Assembly: GCA_963630025.1 (NCBI GenBank)
Contig: CAVGKZ010000089.1
Coordinates: 14 to 64,013, forward strand
From: a bacterium
GTDB lineage: Bacteria; Bacteroidota; Bacteroidia; Bacteroidales; Bacteroidaceae
Direction: 5' to 3'
DNA length: 64,000 nucleotides
Part shown: piece by piece, positions 18,243-27,004 of the stretch
Position numbering within the stretch: position 1 is the first letter of the stretch
How the letters are laid out: every line of letters starts with the position of its first letter
Program-made: the position numbers and the translations under genes
The notes under the pieces: generated by a model
Told to the model about the DNA's origin: nothing
Database searches by the model: none
What the model saw: the letters and a program-made list of their open reading frames with translations, nothing else

Positions 18243-20473
18243 GCCAAGAGTCACGCACGGCATGGAATATCATAGAGAACACCGGGGCGAACCTGTTCCT
18301 TACGGGCAAGGCCGGCACAGGCAAGACCACATTTCTCAAGGAACTCCGACGGCTGTCGCCCAAGCGCATGGTGGTGCTCGCGCCCACTGGCATTGCAGCA
18401 ATCAATGCCGGAGGCGTCACAATCCACTCGTTTTTCCAACTTCCTTTGTCACCCTACGTGCCCGGAGCCACCTTCGGAGGCGGTGACAACCGTAGGTTTA
18501 AGATAGGAAAGGTGAAGCGTGACATCATACGCACCACCGACCTGCTCGTGATTGACGAGGTGAGTATGGTGCGCGCCGACCTGCTCGATGCCATCGACTC
18601 GGTGATGCGCCGCTACCGCAAGCACGACAAACCGTTTGGCGGAGCGCAGTTGCTAATGATTGGCGACGTGCAACAGTTGGCTCCGGTGGTGAAAGACGAT
18701 GAATGGGCAATGCTCTCGCAGGTCTACGACACGCCTTTCTTCTTCTCAAGCAAGGCTCTCGCTCTGGCTGGATACCTCACAGTGGAACTGCGAACGGTGT
18801 ATCGGCAGCAGGACAACAACTTCATTTCCCTGCTCAACCAGATACGCGAGAACCGTGCCACGGCCGAAACCTTGGCGGCACTCAACCGCCGCTATATCCC
18901 AAACTTCCGTCCGGTACCTGGCAGCGACTACATTAGGCTGACCACACACAACCGTCCGGCACAGGAAATCAACGAACAGGAACTGGACAAGTTGTCCTCC
19001 AAGCTACACTGCTTCACCGCCGAAGTGGGCGGAAACTTCCCCGAATCTTCTTATCCCGCAGACTTTCAGCTCCGGTTAAAGGCCGGGGCGCAGATAATGT
19101 TCATCAAGAACGACACCAACCACCGCTACTTCAACGGCATGATAGGCGAAGTCCTTGAGGTGGAAGACGACAGCATTACGGTGCGCGGAAAGAATGGTGG
19201 CAGTCCGTTTGAGATAGAAAAAGCGGAGTGGACCAACTCGAAATACACGCTCGACGACACTACCAAGGAGATAAAGGAGAGCGTGGAAGGCGTGTTCCGC
19301 CAGTATCCCGTGCGACTGGCTTGGGCGATTACGATACACAAGAGTCAGGGACTCACCTTTGAACACGCCATAATAGATGCGTCAAACTCCTTTGCACACG
19401 GTCAGACCTATGTAGCTTTGAGCCGCTGCAAGTCGCTCGACGGACTGGTGTTGAGCCAACCGCTCAGCCCTTCGGCCATAATAAGCGACAGCCAACTGGA
19501 CGACTTCAACAGTCATATAGCCGACAACGGCCCTACAGACATTCAGGTTAGTTCGCTCGCAAGAGACTTTGTGGTGGCGAATATGGACGACCTGTTTGAC
19601 CTGAGCGGACTGAAGGCAGCCACAAACATGGTGATACGCACCCTGTCGGAGCACCTCTCGCGCCGCTATCCCGACCTGCTTGACGCTTACCGCAGAACCA
19701 TTGCGCCCATGGAACAGCTTATGGTGGTGGCGCAGAAGTTCCGTGTGCAATACTCCCAACTGATGGCCAACTGCAACGATGCAGCCAATCCGCAGATACA
19801 AGACCGCATACATAAAGGTGCGGAATACTTCCGTGAGCACCTGAAAGAACTCGGTTCGCTGATAAAGAAAACGCAAGTGAGCACCGACAACAAGATGGTG
19901 CACAAGCAGTTTGACGAGCGTTTCGACGTGCTCAAGGAGACGTTCGGCATGAAGATTCAGCTGCTCAACTATGAGAGCAAGCCCGAAACAGCGTTCTCCG
20001 TGGCCGACTATCTCCGCGCCAAAGCCTGCTTCCTGCTCGGCCAACAGCCGCCAAGTCCCCAAAAACAGTCGAAACGCTCGACAAAAGGTACTGCGCCGCG
20101 AACGTCAAACGACCCGAACAGCACAACAAATACCCCTAAACAGCCCAAAGAGCCCAAGCCCAAGAAGACTCCAACAGGCGAGATAAGCCTCGAAATGTTC
20201 AACCGGGGAATGACAATAGAACAGATTGCAGCAGAAAGAGGCCTCGCCATCAGCACCGTATTCGGCCATCTGGTGAAATTTGTGGGCGAGGGACGGCTCG
20301 CACTAAACAAGATCGTGAGCCGTGAACATGAGATTGCCATCAGCAACTACCTCATTGCCCACCCCGAAGTGACCACCATGTCGGAGGTAAGGGATGCACT
20401 TGGCGAAGATTACAGCTACAACGAAATCCGCGCAGTCATCGTTTCCATGGAGAAAGAGTCGGAACAAAGCTGA
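18233..20473 (+). CDS. SF1B Pif1/RecD-like helicase with a low-complexity linker and a C-terminal HTH domain
   Basis: Walker A GKAGTGKTT, Walker B LVIDEVSMV, GDVQQLAPV, TIHKSQGLTF. A K/P/S/T-rich linker (aa ~620-660) precedes the helix-turn-helix-like tail (..MTIEQIAAERGLAISTVFGHL..). Confidence 0.8.
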   Translation: MEMSQESRTAWNIIENTGANLFLTGKAGTGKTTFLKELRRLSPKRMVVLAPTGIAAINAGGVTIHSFFQLPLSPYVPGATFGGGDNRRFKIGKVKRDIIRTTDLLVIDEVSMVRADLLDAIDSVMRRYRKHDKPFGGAQLLMIGDVQQLAPVVKDDEWAMLSQVYDTPFFFSSKALALAGYLTVELRTVYRQQDNNFISLLNQIRENRATAETLAALNRRYIPNFRPVPGSDYIRLTTHNRPAQEINEQELDKLSSKLHCFTAEVGGNFPESSYPADFQLRLKAGAQIMFIKNDTNHRYFNGMIGEVLEVEDDSITVRGKNGGSPFEIEKAEWTNSKYTLDDTTKEIKESVEGVFRQYPVRLAWAITIHKSQGLTFEHAIIDASNSFAHGQTYVALSRCKSLDGLVLSQPLSPSAIISDSQLDDFNSHIADNGPTDIQVSSLARDFVVANMDDLFDLSGLKAATNMVIRTLSEHLSRRYPDLLDAYRRTIAPMEQLMVVAQKFRVQYSQLMANCNDAANPQIQDRIHKGAEYFREHLKELGSLIKKTQVSTDNKMVHKQFDERFDVLKETFGMKIQLLNYESKPETAFSVADYLRAKACFLLGQQPPSPQKQSKRSTKGTAPRTSNDPNSTTNTPKQPKEPKPKKTPTGEISLEMFNRGMTIEQIAAERGLAISTVFGHLVKFVGEGRLALNKIVSREHEIAISNYLIAHPEVTTMSEVRDALGEDYSYNEIRAVIVSMEKESEQS

Positions 20474-20520
20474 GCCAATCGCCCCTCTACGCACAGCATC
20501 CGCACGGGACAGGACGCAGA

Positions 20521-20555
20521 AAAGGCGCACCAGACAAATAATCCAGTACGCCTTT
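20521..20555. terminator. hairpin between the convergent helicase and hsp20 genes (possible bidirectional terminator)
   Basis: aaaggcg (20521-20527) and cgccttt (20549-20555) form a 7-bp stem flanked by A and T runs. Confidence 0.4.
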
Positions 20556-20625
20556 TCCTTTTAATACATGGCTTTCAAATCGTCAAGCTGCGCTTTTCAG
20601 ACAGCCGACACCGCACAGGGCAATG

Positions 20626-21060
20626 TTATCCGACAGTGATTTGGCGAGCTACCTTGGATGTTTTCTGCTCCAGTTTGGGCAGCGAAACGGTGAGAACTCC
20701 ATTCTCCACGTGTGCCGAAATCTTGTTGCGGTCAACGTCGTCGGGCAGAATCAGGGTCTGCTCAAACTTGCTGTAAGAGAACTCCCGGCGCAGATAGCGG
20801 GCGTTGTCGCCACCCTCCTTGTGCTCATCCTTGGTTTCTAATTTCACGGTGAGGTTTCCTTCATCGTTGATGTGAACCATTACGTCTTCCTTTTTCATGC
20901 CCGGAGCACCCAGTTCCACGATATATTCGCGGTCAGTTTCCTTAACGTTCACTGCGGGAGCCGTAGCGTTGGCTTTCGGCATATAGTAATCTGTACCAAA
21001 GAAGTCTCCGAATACGTCGGGCAACCATGCTGTGTTTCTTCTAATCGATGTCATAGTCAA
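20626..21060 (-). CDS. Hsp20/alpha-crystallin family small heat-shock protein
   Basis: Alpha-crystallin domain blocks ..YIVELGAPGMKKEDV.. and ..ISAHVENGVLTVSLPK... Confidence 0.85.
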   Translation of the reverse strand: MTMTSIRRNTAWLPDVFGDFFGTDYYMPKANATAPAVNVKETDREYIVELGAPGMKKEDVMVHINDEGNLTVKLETKDEHKEGGDNARYLRREFSYSKFEQTLILPDDVDRNKISAHVENGVLTVSLPKLEQKTSKVARQITVG

Positions 21061-21149
21061 ATCTCCTATAGTTTAATTTTTGTCGTTGTTATGTTTGCTT
21101 CTGGGCTTCCTCCTTTGGGGGTTGCCCGTTCGCAACAACTATTCCGCAA

Positions 21150-21157
21150 CAAACATA
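21150..21157 (-). promoter_or_regulatory. candidate -7 box TAtgTTTG (minus strand) for hsp20
   Basis: The plus strand reads caaacata, about 90 nt upstream of the hsp20 ATG. Confidence 0.3.
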
Positions 21158-21238
21158 CCAAGCGTATTTTATATGACATTATGGCCGATTTGCGTGTCAA
21201 AACGTCAGTTTTGAGACAAAAAATGACTTGATTTGAGC

Positions 21239-24200
21239 CTAAGACGCAGCCTGATTGCACGCCTTGATAGCCTTCATCACGGCCACAGCCTGCTCCACCG
21301 TCGCCACCTTGTCGACTATCATTGAGCGGCGTTCGTTGTGTTCGCGCAGGTTGCAGCGGCGCAGGTTGGCGGAGACGTAGGCCAGAATGGCATCGAAAGC
21401 GCGGCTGCGGTAGTACAGACTCTGTGGATTTGACGGGAAAACGATGGTCATCCGTCCCTGCTTGAGTATCACCTTTTCGCAGCCGAGAGCCTTGCCCATG
21501 CGCCTCAGCGGCACCACTTGCATCAGCTCCTCGCCCTCCTTTGGCACCGGGCCGAAGCGGTCTATAAGTCGTTGACGATACTGTTCCAGCTCGGCGTCGG
21601 TCTTCAGATTGTCCAGTTCGCGATAGAGCAGCATGCGCTCGCTGTCGCCCGGCACGTAGGAGTCGGGGAAATACATCTCAAGATCGCTCTCCACTGCGCA
21701 GTCGTCCACGAAGTCGCCGCCGACGAGACCGGCCTTTTGCTCCTTGTCGGAATACAGTTCGGCAAACTCGTCGTTCTTCAGTTCCGTCACCGCCTGATTG
21801 AGTATCTTCTGATAGGTCTCATAGCCGAGGTCGGCAATGAAGCCGCTCTGCTCCGCACCGAGCAGGTTTCCGGCACCACGGATGTCGAGGTCCTGCATGG
21901 CAATGTTTATTCCCGAACCGAGGTCGGAGAAGTTTTCGAGAGCCTCCAGCCTTCGCCGCGACTCCTGATTGAGGTCAGCAAGTGGCGGAGCGAGCAAGTA
22001 GCAGAACGCCTTGCGGTTGCCTCGCCCCACACGGCCTCGCATCTGGTGGAGGTCGCTAAGCCCGAAGTTCTGCGCACCGTTTATAATAATGGTATTGGCA
22101 TTGGGAATGTCGATGCCGTTCTCCACGATTGTGGTGGAGAGAAGCACGTCGTAGTCGTGGTTGCTGAAGTCTATGATGATGCGCTCCAGTTCCTCCGGCT
22201 TCATCTGTCCGTGGCCTATGGCTATGCGTGCATCGGGGATGTACTTCTTTATCACGGAAGCTATGTGCTCCAGGTCACTGATGCGGTTGTTCACGAAGTA
22301 GACCTGGCCGTTGCGGCTCATCTCGAAATTGATTGCGTCGGCAATGATTTCCGGACTGAACGTGTGTATCTCCGTCTGTATGGGATAGCGGTTGGGCGGC
22401 GGAGTCTGTATGGTGCTCATGTCGCGCGCGCCCACAAGCGAGAACTGGAGCGTGCGCGGTATGGGCGTGGCCGACATGGTCAGGGTGTCTATGTTGGTCT
22501 TCAGCTGGCGCAGCTTCTCCTTTGTGGCCACGCCGAACTTCTGTTCCTCGTCGATAATGAGCAGTCCGATGTCCTTGAACTTAACCGACTTGCCTATCAG
22601 CTTGTGCGTACCCACGATTATGTCGATTTTTCCGTCGGCCAAATCGGCCAGCACCTCGCGCGTCTGCTTGGCGCTCCGCGCACGGGTGAGATAGTCCACC
22701 CTTACGGGAAAGTCCTTCAGGCGTTTGCAGAACGTGCGGTAGTGCTGATAGGCCAGCACGGTTGTGGGCACGAGCACAGCCACCTGCTTGGAGTCGCACG
22801 CCGCCTTGAACGCCGCACGCACCGCCACCTCTGTCTTGCCAAAGCCCACGTCGCCGCACACCAGGCGATCCATGGGTCTGGCACGCTCCATGTCGGCCTT
22901 GACTTCTTGGGTGGCCTTGAGCTGGTCGGGCGTGTCTTCATAGAGGAAACTGGCCTCCAGTTCGTGTTGCATAAACGAGTCGTGGCTGAAGGCAAAGCCC
23001 TTTTCATTGCGTCTGCGGGCGTAGAGCCGTATCAGGTCGCGCGCCATGTCCTTTATCTTCTTCTTGGTGCGGTCCTTGAGCCGTTCCCACTGCCCCGTGC
23101 CGAGCTGGCTCAGGCGCGGTGCCTCGCCGTTGTCCTGCCCCTTATACTTCGACACTTTATATAAAGTGTGTATGGACACGTATATGGAGTCGCCGTTCTG
23201 ATACTGTATCTTGATCATCTCCTGGTAGCCGTCGCCCTGCGGCATGCGCACAAGTCCGCCGAAGCGGCCTATGCCGTGGTCGACGTGCACCACGTAGTCG
23301 CCCACTTCAAACTGCTTCAGCTCCTTCAGCGTGAGTGCCACCTTGCCGCTGCGCGCCTCGTCGGAACGCAGGTTGTACTTGTGGAAACGGTCGAATATCT
23401 GGTGGTCGGTGAAGATGCACACGTGCAGGTCGGCATCGGCAAAACCCTCGTGCAGCGTGTTTTGCACCGGAGTGAACTCGATGGCCGAACAAGAGTCTGC
23501 TGCCGAAGAACCGTCGGGGGCAGCCAGAATCTCGCGCAACCGTTCGTTCTGCTTCTGGCTGTCGGCCAATATGAACAGGCGGTATCCCTGTATGAGATAG
23601 TCGTCGAGCGAACGGCGCAGCAGAGTGAAGTTTTTGTGGAACAAGGGTTGGGCGGTTGTGTTGAAACGGATGGCGGCATCGGGAACGCGCACGCGGCGGT
23701 TGCCGGTCTCCACGAGACGGAAACGAGCTGTTCCGGCGGCAAAGTCGCTGCCCGTGCAGAGCCTCATCTCCTTGCGCATGGCGTCTATTATATTCTTGCG
23801 CTCCATCTCCGTTGCGCCCTCCAGCCGCTCGGTCACGGCCTGCTGCGAAAAGCCTTCGTCGTAGATGCGCCCCACACGGTCCTGCACATAGGCCATGTCC
23901 TTGGCCACAAGCACGGTGTCTTCGGGCAGAAAGTCGAGCAGCGGCACCTGGTCGGCAGGCTGTTCGGCCATTTCGGGCACAATCTCCACGCTGTCTCTTC
24001 GGTCGCGCGACAACTGCGTGCTCACGTCGAAGGTGCGTATAGAGTCCACATCGTCGCCGAAAAAGTCTATGCGAAAGGGATATTCGCTGCTGAAGGAATA
24101 GACATCGAGTATGCTGCCGCGCATGGCAAACTGGCCCGGCTCATAGACATAGTCGGTTTCCTTGAAGTCCAGACTGCGCAGCGTGCGGCACACCTCGGCC

Positions 24201-24694
24201 ACGTCCACGGTCTGCCCTTGGCGCAGTTGCAGCGTGCGACTGTCAAGCCGCTGGCGCGAAACCACCAGTTCGGCCACAGCCTCCGGATAAGTCACCACAT
24301 AGAGCGGCCGCGCAGAAGCAGACTCTCCCCCACCCTTTGCACCAAGTTGTGCGCTCAACCGACCCAACGCCTCGGTGCGGAGTATCTCGTTGGCGGAGTC
24401 GCGCTGGGCATACTTCACCGCACGACGATAGGAAGAGGGGAAAAACAGCACGTCGGAGAGTCCCAGAATCTGGGTCAAATCGTGATAGAAATAGCCGGCT
24501 TCGTCGGCATCTTGCAGTATGAACAACGCCGTCTGCGGGCACCTTGTCGCCAAAGCGGCGAACGCCATAGGTGCGGACGAGGCCACAAGACCGTCGAGCG
24601 ACACCGTCCGTATGGAGGGGTTGCACAACGCATTGGCCAAAGCCCCGACCTGCGGGAGCTTGGCATACAAATCCTTAAGTTCCTTTATATCCAT
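21239..24694 (-). CDS. mfd: transcription-repair coupling factor Mfd
   Basis: CarD-like RNAP-interaction domain (..FEVGDYVVHVDHGIGRF..), SF2 helicase motifs GDVGFGKTEVA and IIDEEQKFG, and a TRG region. I prefer the ATG at 24694 (MDIKELK..). Confidence 0.9.
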   Translation of the reverse strand: MDIKELKDLYAKLPQVGALANALCNPSIRTVSLDGLVASSAPMAFAALATRCPQTALFILQDADEAGYFYHDLTQILGLSDVLFFPSSYRRAVKYAQRDSANEILRTEALGRLSAQLGAKGGGESASARPLYVVTYPEAVAELVVSRQRLDSRTLQLRQGQTVDVAEVCRTLRSLDFKETDYVYEPGQFAMRGSILDVYSFSSEYPFRIDFFGDDVDSIRTFDVSTQLSRDRRDSVEIVPEMAEQPADQVPLLDFLPEDTVLVAKDMAYVQDRVGRIYDEGFSQQAVTERLEGATEMERKNIIDAMRKEMRLCTGSDFAAGTARFRLVETGNRRVRVPDAAIRFNTTAQPLFHKNFTLLRRSLDDYLIQGYRLFILADSQKQNERLREILAAPDGSSAADSCSAIEFTPVQNTLHEGFADADLHVCIFTDHQIFDRFHKYNLRSDEARSGKVALTLKELKQFEVGDYVVHVDHGIGRFGGLVRMPQGDGYQEMIKIQYQNGDSIYVSIHTLYKVSKYKGQDNGEAPRLSQLGTGQWERLKDRTKKKIKDMARDLIRLYARRRNEKGFAFSHDSFMQHELEASFLYEDTPDQLKATQEVKADMERARPMDRLVCGDVGFGKTEVAVRAAFKAACDSKQVAVLVPTTVLAYQHYRTFCKRLKDFPVRVDYLTRARSAKQTREVLADLADGKIDIIVGTHKLIGKSVKFKDIGLLIIDEEQKFGVATKEKLRQLKTNIDTLTMSATPIPRTLQFSLVGARDMSTIQTPPPNRYPIQTEIHTFSPEIIADAINFEMSRNGQVYFVNNRISDLEHIASVIKKYIPDARIAIGHGQMKPEELERIIIDFSNHDYDVLLSTTIVENGIDIPNANTIIINGAQNFGLSDLHQMRGRVGRGNRKAFCYLLAPPLADLNQESRRRLEALENFSDLGSGINIAMQDLDIRGAGNLLGAEQSGFIADLGYETYQKILNQAVTELKNDEFAELYSDKEQKAGLVGGDFVDDCAVESDLEMYFPDSYVPGDSERMLLYRELDNLKTDAELEQYRQRLIDRFGPVPKEGEELMQVVPLRRMGKALGCEKVILKQGRMTIVFPSNPQSLYYRSRAFDAILAYVSANLRRCNLREHNERRSMIVDKVATVEQAVAVMKAIKACNQAAS

Positions 24695-24712
24695 CTGGAA
24701 AACAGGGCAACG

Positions 24713-24976
24713 GTAGTGCAAACGAGCGGAAAGAAAACTCGTTTTCAGTTTCCCGAGTGCAGCCTACCTTATGCAAAGGTAGTGCAAACGAGCGGAAAGA
24801 AAACTCGTTTTCAGTTTCCCGAGTGCAGCCTACCTTATGCAAAGGTAGTGCAAACGAGCGGAAAGAAAACTCGTTTTCAGTTTCCCGAGTGCAGCCTACC
24901 TTATGCAAAGGTAGTGCAAACGAGCGGAAAGAAAACTCGTTTTCAGTTTCCCGAGTGCAGCCTACCTTATGCAAAG
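24713..24976 (-). repeat. family D tandem array: 4 identical 66-bp units, each with a TAccTTTG box on the mfd sense strand
   Basis: The unit gtagtgcaaacgagcggaaagaaaactcgttttcagtttcccgagtgcagcctaccttatgcaaag is repeated four times with no mismatch seen. Partial units flank both ends. Confidence 0.9.
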
Positions 24977-25118
24977 GTAGTCGAAAAATGCGAGAAAACA
25001 GGTGGAGGGCGGCTGTTATTTGGAGACGCAAGGAGCCATGAGGCATCGGAAAGGTGCGTTTTGGACGCGTTTGCAGCCCGTTTTCATCCCACAAACAGCC
25101 CGCCTACTTCAAGACACA

Positions 25119-25301
25119 TAAAAACCGTAAGCAAAACACTGTCGATTGCTTACAGCATCTCTTATACACAGGATTGCAAAGCGATACTGTAAGCAAAACC
25201 AACCGATATGGTTTCGGATTGAAAACGGCACGTTTAGCACCCGTAAACATGCCATTTACGATGGCTAAACGCGCCGTTTACGAGTCGCAAATGGCATAGT
25301 T
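25119..25301 (+). repeat. family A ~185-bp structured repeat, copy 1
   Basis: About 75-90% identical by eye to the reverse complement of 48774-48958. It contains the hairpin tgtaagcaa/ttgcttaca and about five ~22-bp sub-repeats. Confidence 0.75.
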
Positions 25302-25438
25302 AGCATGCGTAAATGGCCGAGTTGCGAAATGGAGTTGGGCAAAGGGGGTAATGCAGGCTGCATATAGCCTGATGACTTAGTGCCGTTGCGGCGGTGAAAA
25401 AACGTGGCGCTTTGCTTTGCTTTGTCGGTGTCTTGCAT

Positions 25439-25446
25439 TAACTTTG
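25439..25446 (+). promoter_or_regulatory. candidate -7 box TAacTTTG upstream of aroB
   Basis: Exact TAnnTTTG match 30 nt upstream of the aroB ATG. Confidence 0.4.
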
Positions 25447-25475
25447 CAAGGACTTAGGTCTTTATAATTGACAAT

Positions 25476-26531
25476 ATGACAGGGAAACAGAAGATAACGA
25501 TATCGGAGAATTTGCGCGAGGCGTTGGCCAAGGCCATCGCCGACTGTCCCCACGACAAGCTCTTCACGCTTGCCGACGAGACCACCGACCGCCTGTGCCG
25601 CCCACTGGCCGACGGAACCGTGGGCATGGACGGGGCGCAAGGCATAGTGATAGGGGCGGGCGACACCTGCAAGACGCTTGAGTCGCTGGCTCACGTGTGG
25701 ACGGAGCTGGGGCGCATGGGCGCCACGCGCCATTCGCTCATCGTCAACATAGGTGGCGGAATGGTGACCGACCTTGGCGGTTTCGCCGCATCGACATTCA
25801 AGCGCGGCATACGCTTCATCAACATCCCCACATCGCTGCTGGCCATGGTTGACGCGTCGGTGGGCGGAAAGACGGGCATAAACCTGAACGGACTGAAAAA
25901 CGAGGTGGGCGTGTTCTCCAACGCCGACTGCGTGATTATTGACACCGAGTTTCTGCGCACAATGGATGCGGAGAACCTGCTGTCGGGCTACGCCGAGATG
26001 CTGAAGCACGGGCTGCTCAACACAAGGGAGATGTGGGCAGAGCTGCTGGCGTTTGACATCAGCCATCCCGACCTCGCGCAGCTGCGCCGCATGGTGGCCG
26101 AGTCGGTGGCGGTGAAGGAGCGCGTGGTGGAGAGCGACCCCACGGAGCAGGGCTTGCGCAAGGCCCTCAACCTGGGCCACACCGTGGGCCATGCCTTCGA
26201 GTCGCTCGCACTGAAGCGCAAGCCAGTGTTGCATGGCTATGCCGTGGCCTACGGACTGGTGTGCGAACTCTATCTGAGCGCGGCCAAGGAGGGCTTCCCT
26301 GCCGACGTGCTGCGCCAGACGGTGGCTTTCATCAACGAGAACTATGGCAAGATGGACATATCGTGCGACGACTATCCGCAGTTGATAGAGCTGATGACGC
26401 ACGACAAGAAGAACACCTCGGGCAACATAAACTTCACGCTGCTGGGCGGCATAGGCGACATACGCATAAACCGCACGGCCACCAAAGAGGAGATTTGCGA
26501 GGCTCTCGATTTCTACCGCGAGGGACTCTGA
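25476..26531 (+). CDS. aroB: 3-dehydroquinate synthase
   Basis: NAD-binding and metal-binding blocks GGGMVTDLGGFAASTFKRGIRFINIPTSLLAMVDASVGGKTGINL and ..LNLGHTVGHAFE... Confidence 0.9.
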   Translation: MTGKQKITISENLREALAKAIADCPHDKLFTLADETTDRLCRPLADGTVGMDGAQGIVIGAGDTCKTLESLAHVWTELGRMGATRHSLIVNIGGGMVTDLGGFAASTFKRGIRFINIPTSLLAMVDASVGGKTGINLNGLKNEVGVFSNADCVIIDTEFLRTMDAENLLSGYAEMLKHGLLNTREMWAELLAFDISHPDLAQLRRMVAESVAVKERVVESDPTEQGLRKALNLGHTVGHAFESLALKRKPVLHGYAVAYGLVCELYLSAAKEGFPADVLRQTVAFINENYGKMDISCDDYPQLIELMTHDKKNTSGNINFTLLGGIGDIRINRTATKEEICEALDFYREGL

Positions 26532-26564
26532 CCTGCTGTGAAGCAGGCTTCTTGCGCTGCGGTG

Positions 26565-26939
26565 TCAGCCTATGGCCTTGCCTATCCAGTGGCCTACGGC
26601 AACGGCAGCCATGCCCAAGGCGATACTCCCCATGATGTAGAGGCTGAGCATGAGTCCGTCGCCATCCTTGGCGAGTCCGTAGCCCTCGTTCATAAAGGAG
26701 GAAAAGGTGGTGAAGCCGCCGCAGAACCCTGTGGTGAGAAACAGTTTCGTCTGTGGCGTGAGTCCGCCTCCGAGTGGCAAGGCCGACACGAAACCGATGA
26801 TGAGACATCCAACGACGTTGACCAAAAACGTGCCCAATGGGAATGGAGAATGAACTAAAGTTATGGCTAAACGGGACACGATATATCTCATGCCACCGCC
26901 AAAGAAGCTGCCGAGGCCGACTATCAGAAACTCTTTCAT
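26565..26939 (-). CDS. crcB: fluoride channel CrcB/Fluc
   Basis: 124-aa 4-TM protein, GSFFGGGMRY.. and ..TGFCGGFTTFSSF.. blocks. I prefer the ATG at 26939 (MKEFLIVG..). Confidence 0.85.
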   Translation of the reverse strand: MKEFLIVGLGSFFGGGMRYIVSRLAITLVHSPFPLGTFLVNVVGCLIIGFVSALPLGGGLTPQTKLFLTTGFCGGFTTFSSFMNEGYGLAKDGDGLMLSLYIMGSIALGMAAVAVGHWIGKAIG

Positions 26940-26973
26940 GCTGTTGTGTTGTGTGAATAATGTGGAGACATAT

Positions 26974-27004
26974 AAAACGCCCATCGCCAAAGCGGTGGGC
27001 GTTT
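26974..27004 (-). terminator. intrinsic terminator after nadB
   Basis: The minus strand reads aaacgcccaccgc-tttg-gcgatgggcgtttt. The 13-bp stem has 1 mismatch and is followed by a U tract, 24 nt after the nadB stop. Confidence 0.6.

Noticed and set aside
21061-21238. An RNA thermometer in the hsp20 leader (repeated gttgttgcg, a small hairpin gttgc-gaacgg-gcaac, and an SD-like aaaggagg).
   Set aside because: I found no pairing that would occlude the start region, and it does not resemble the ROSE or fourU elements that I can recall. The evidence is too thin to report as a feature.
24713-24976. Could the regularly spaced 66-bp repeats be a CRISPR array?
   Set aside because: The units abut directly with no unique spacers. 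The unit length and sequence do not resemble CRISPR repeats, and there are no cas genes in the window.
23168-25192. A 674-aa + strand ORF whose C-terminal part reads VVQTSGKKTRFQFPECSLPYAK four times, which looks like a repeat protein.
   Set aside because: It is antisense to the well-supported mfd gene for most of its length. The repeated peptide is simply the translation of the 66-bp DNA tandem repeat. It has no credible start context or recognisable domain.
25054-25299. Possible conserved peptide encoded by the family A element (..KNRKQNTVDCLQHLLY.. versus ..KNCKQNATVCLQYIFVY.. in the other copy).
   Set aside because: The similarity follows from nucleotide identity. The frame is interrupted by a stop in copy 2 where copy 1 continues. 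The region is dominated by hairpins and phased DNA repeats, which fits a non-coding element better.
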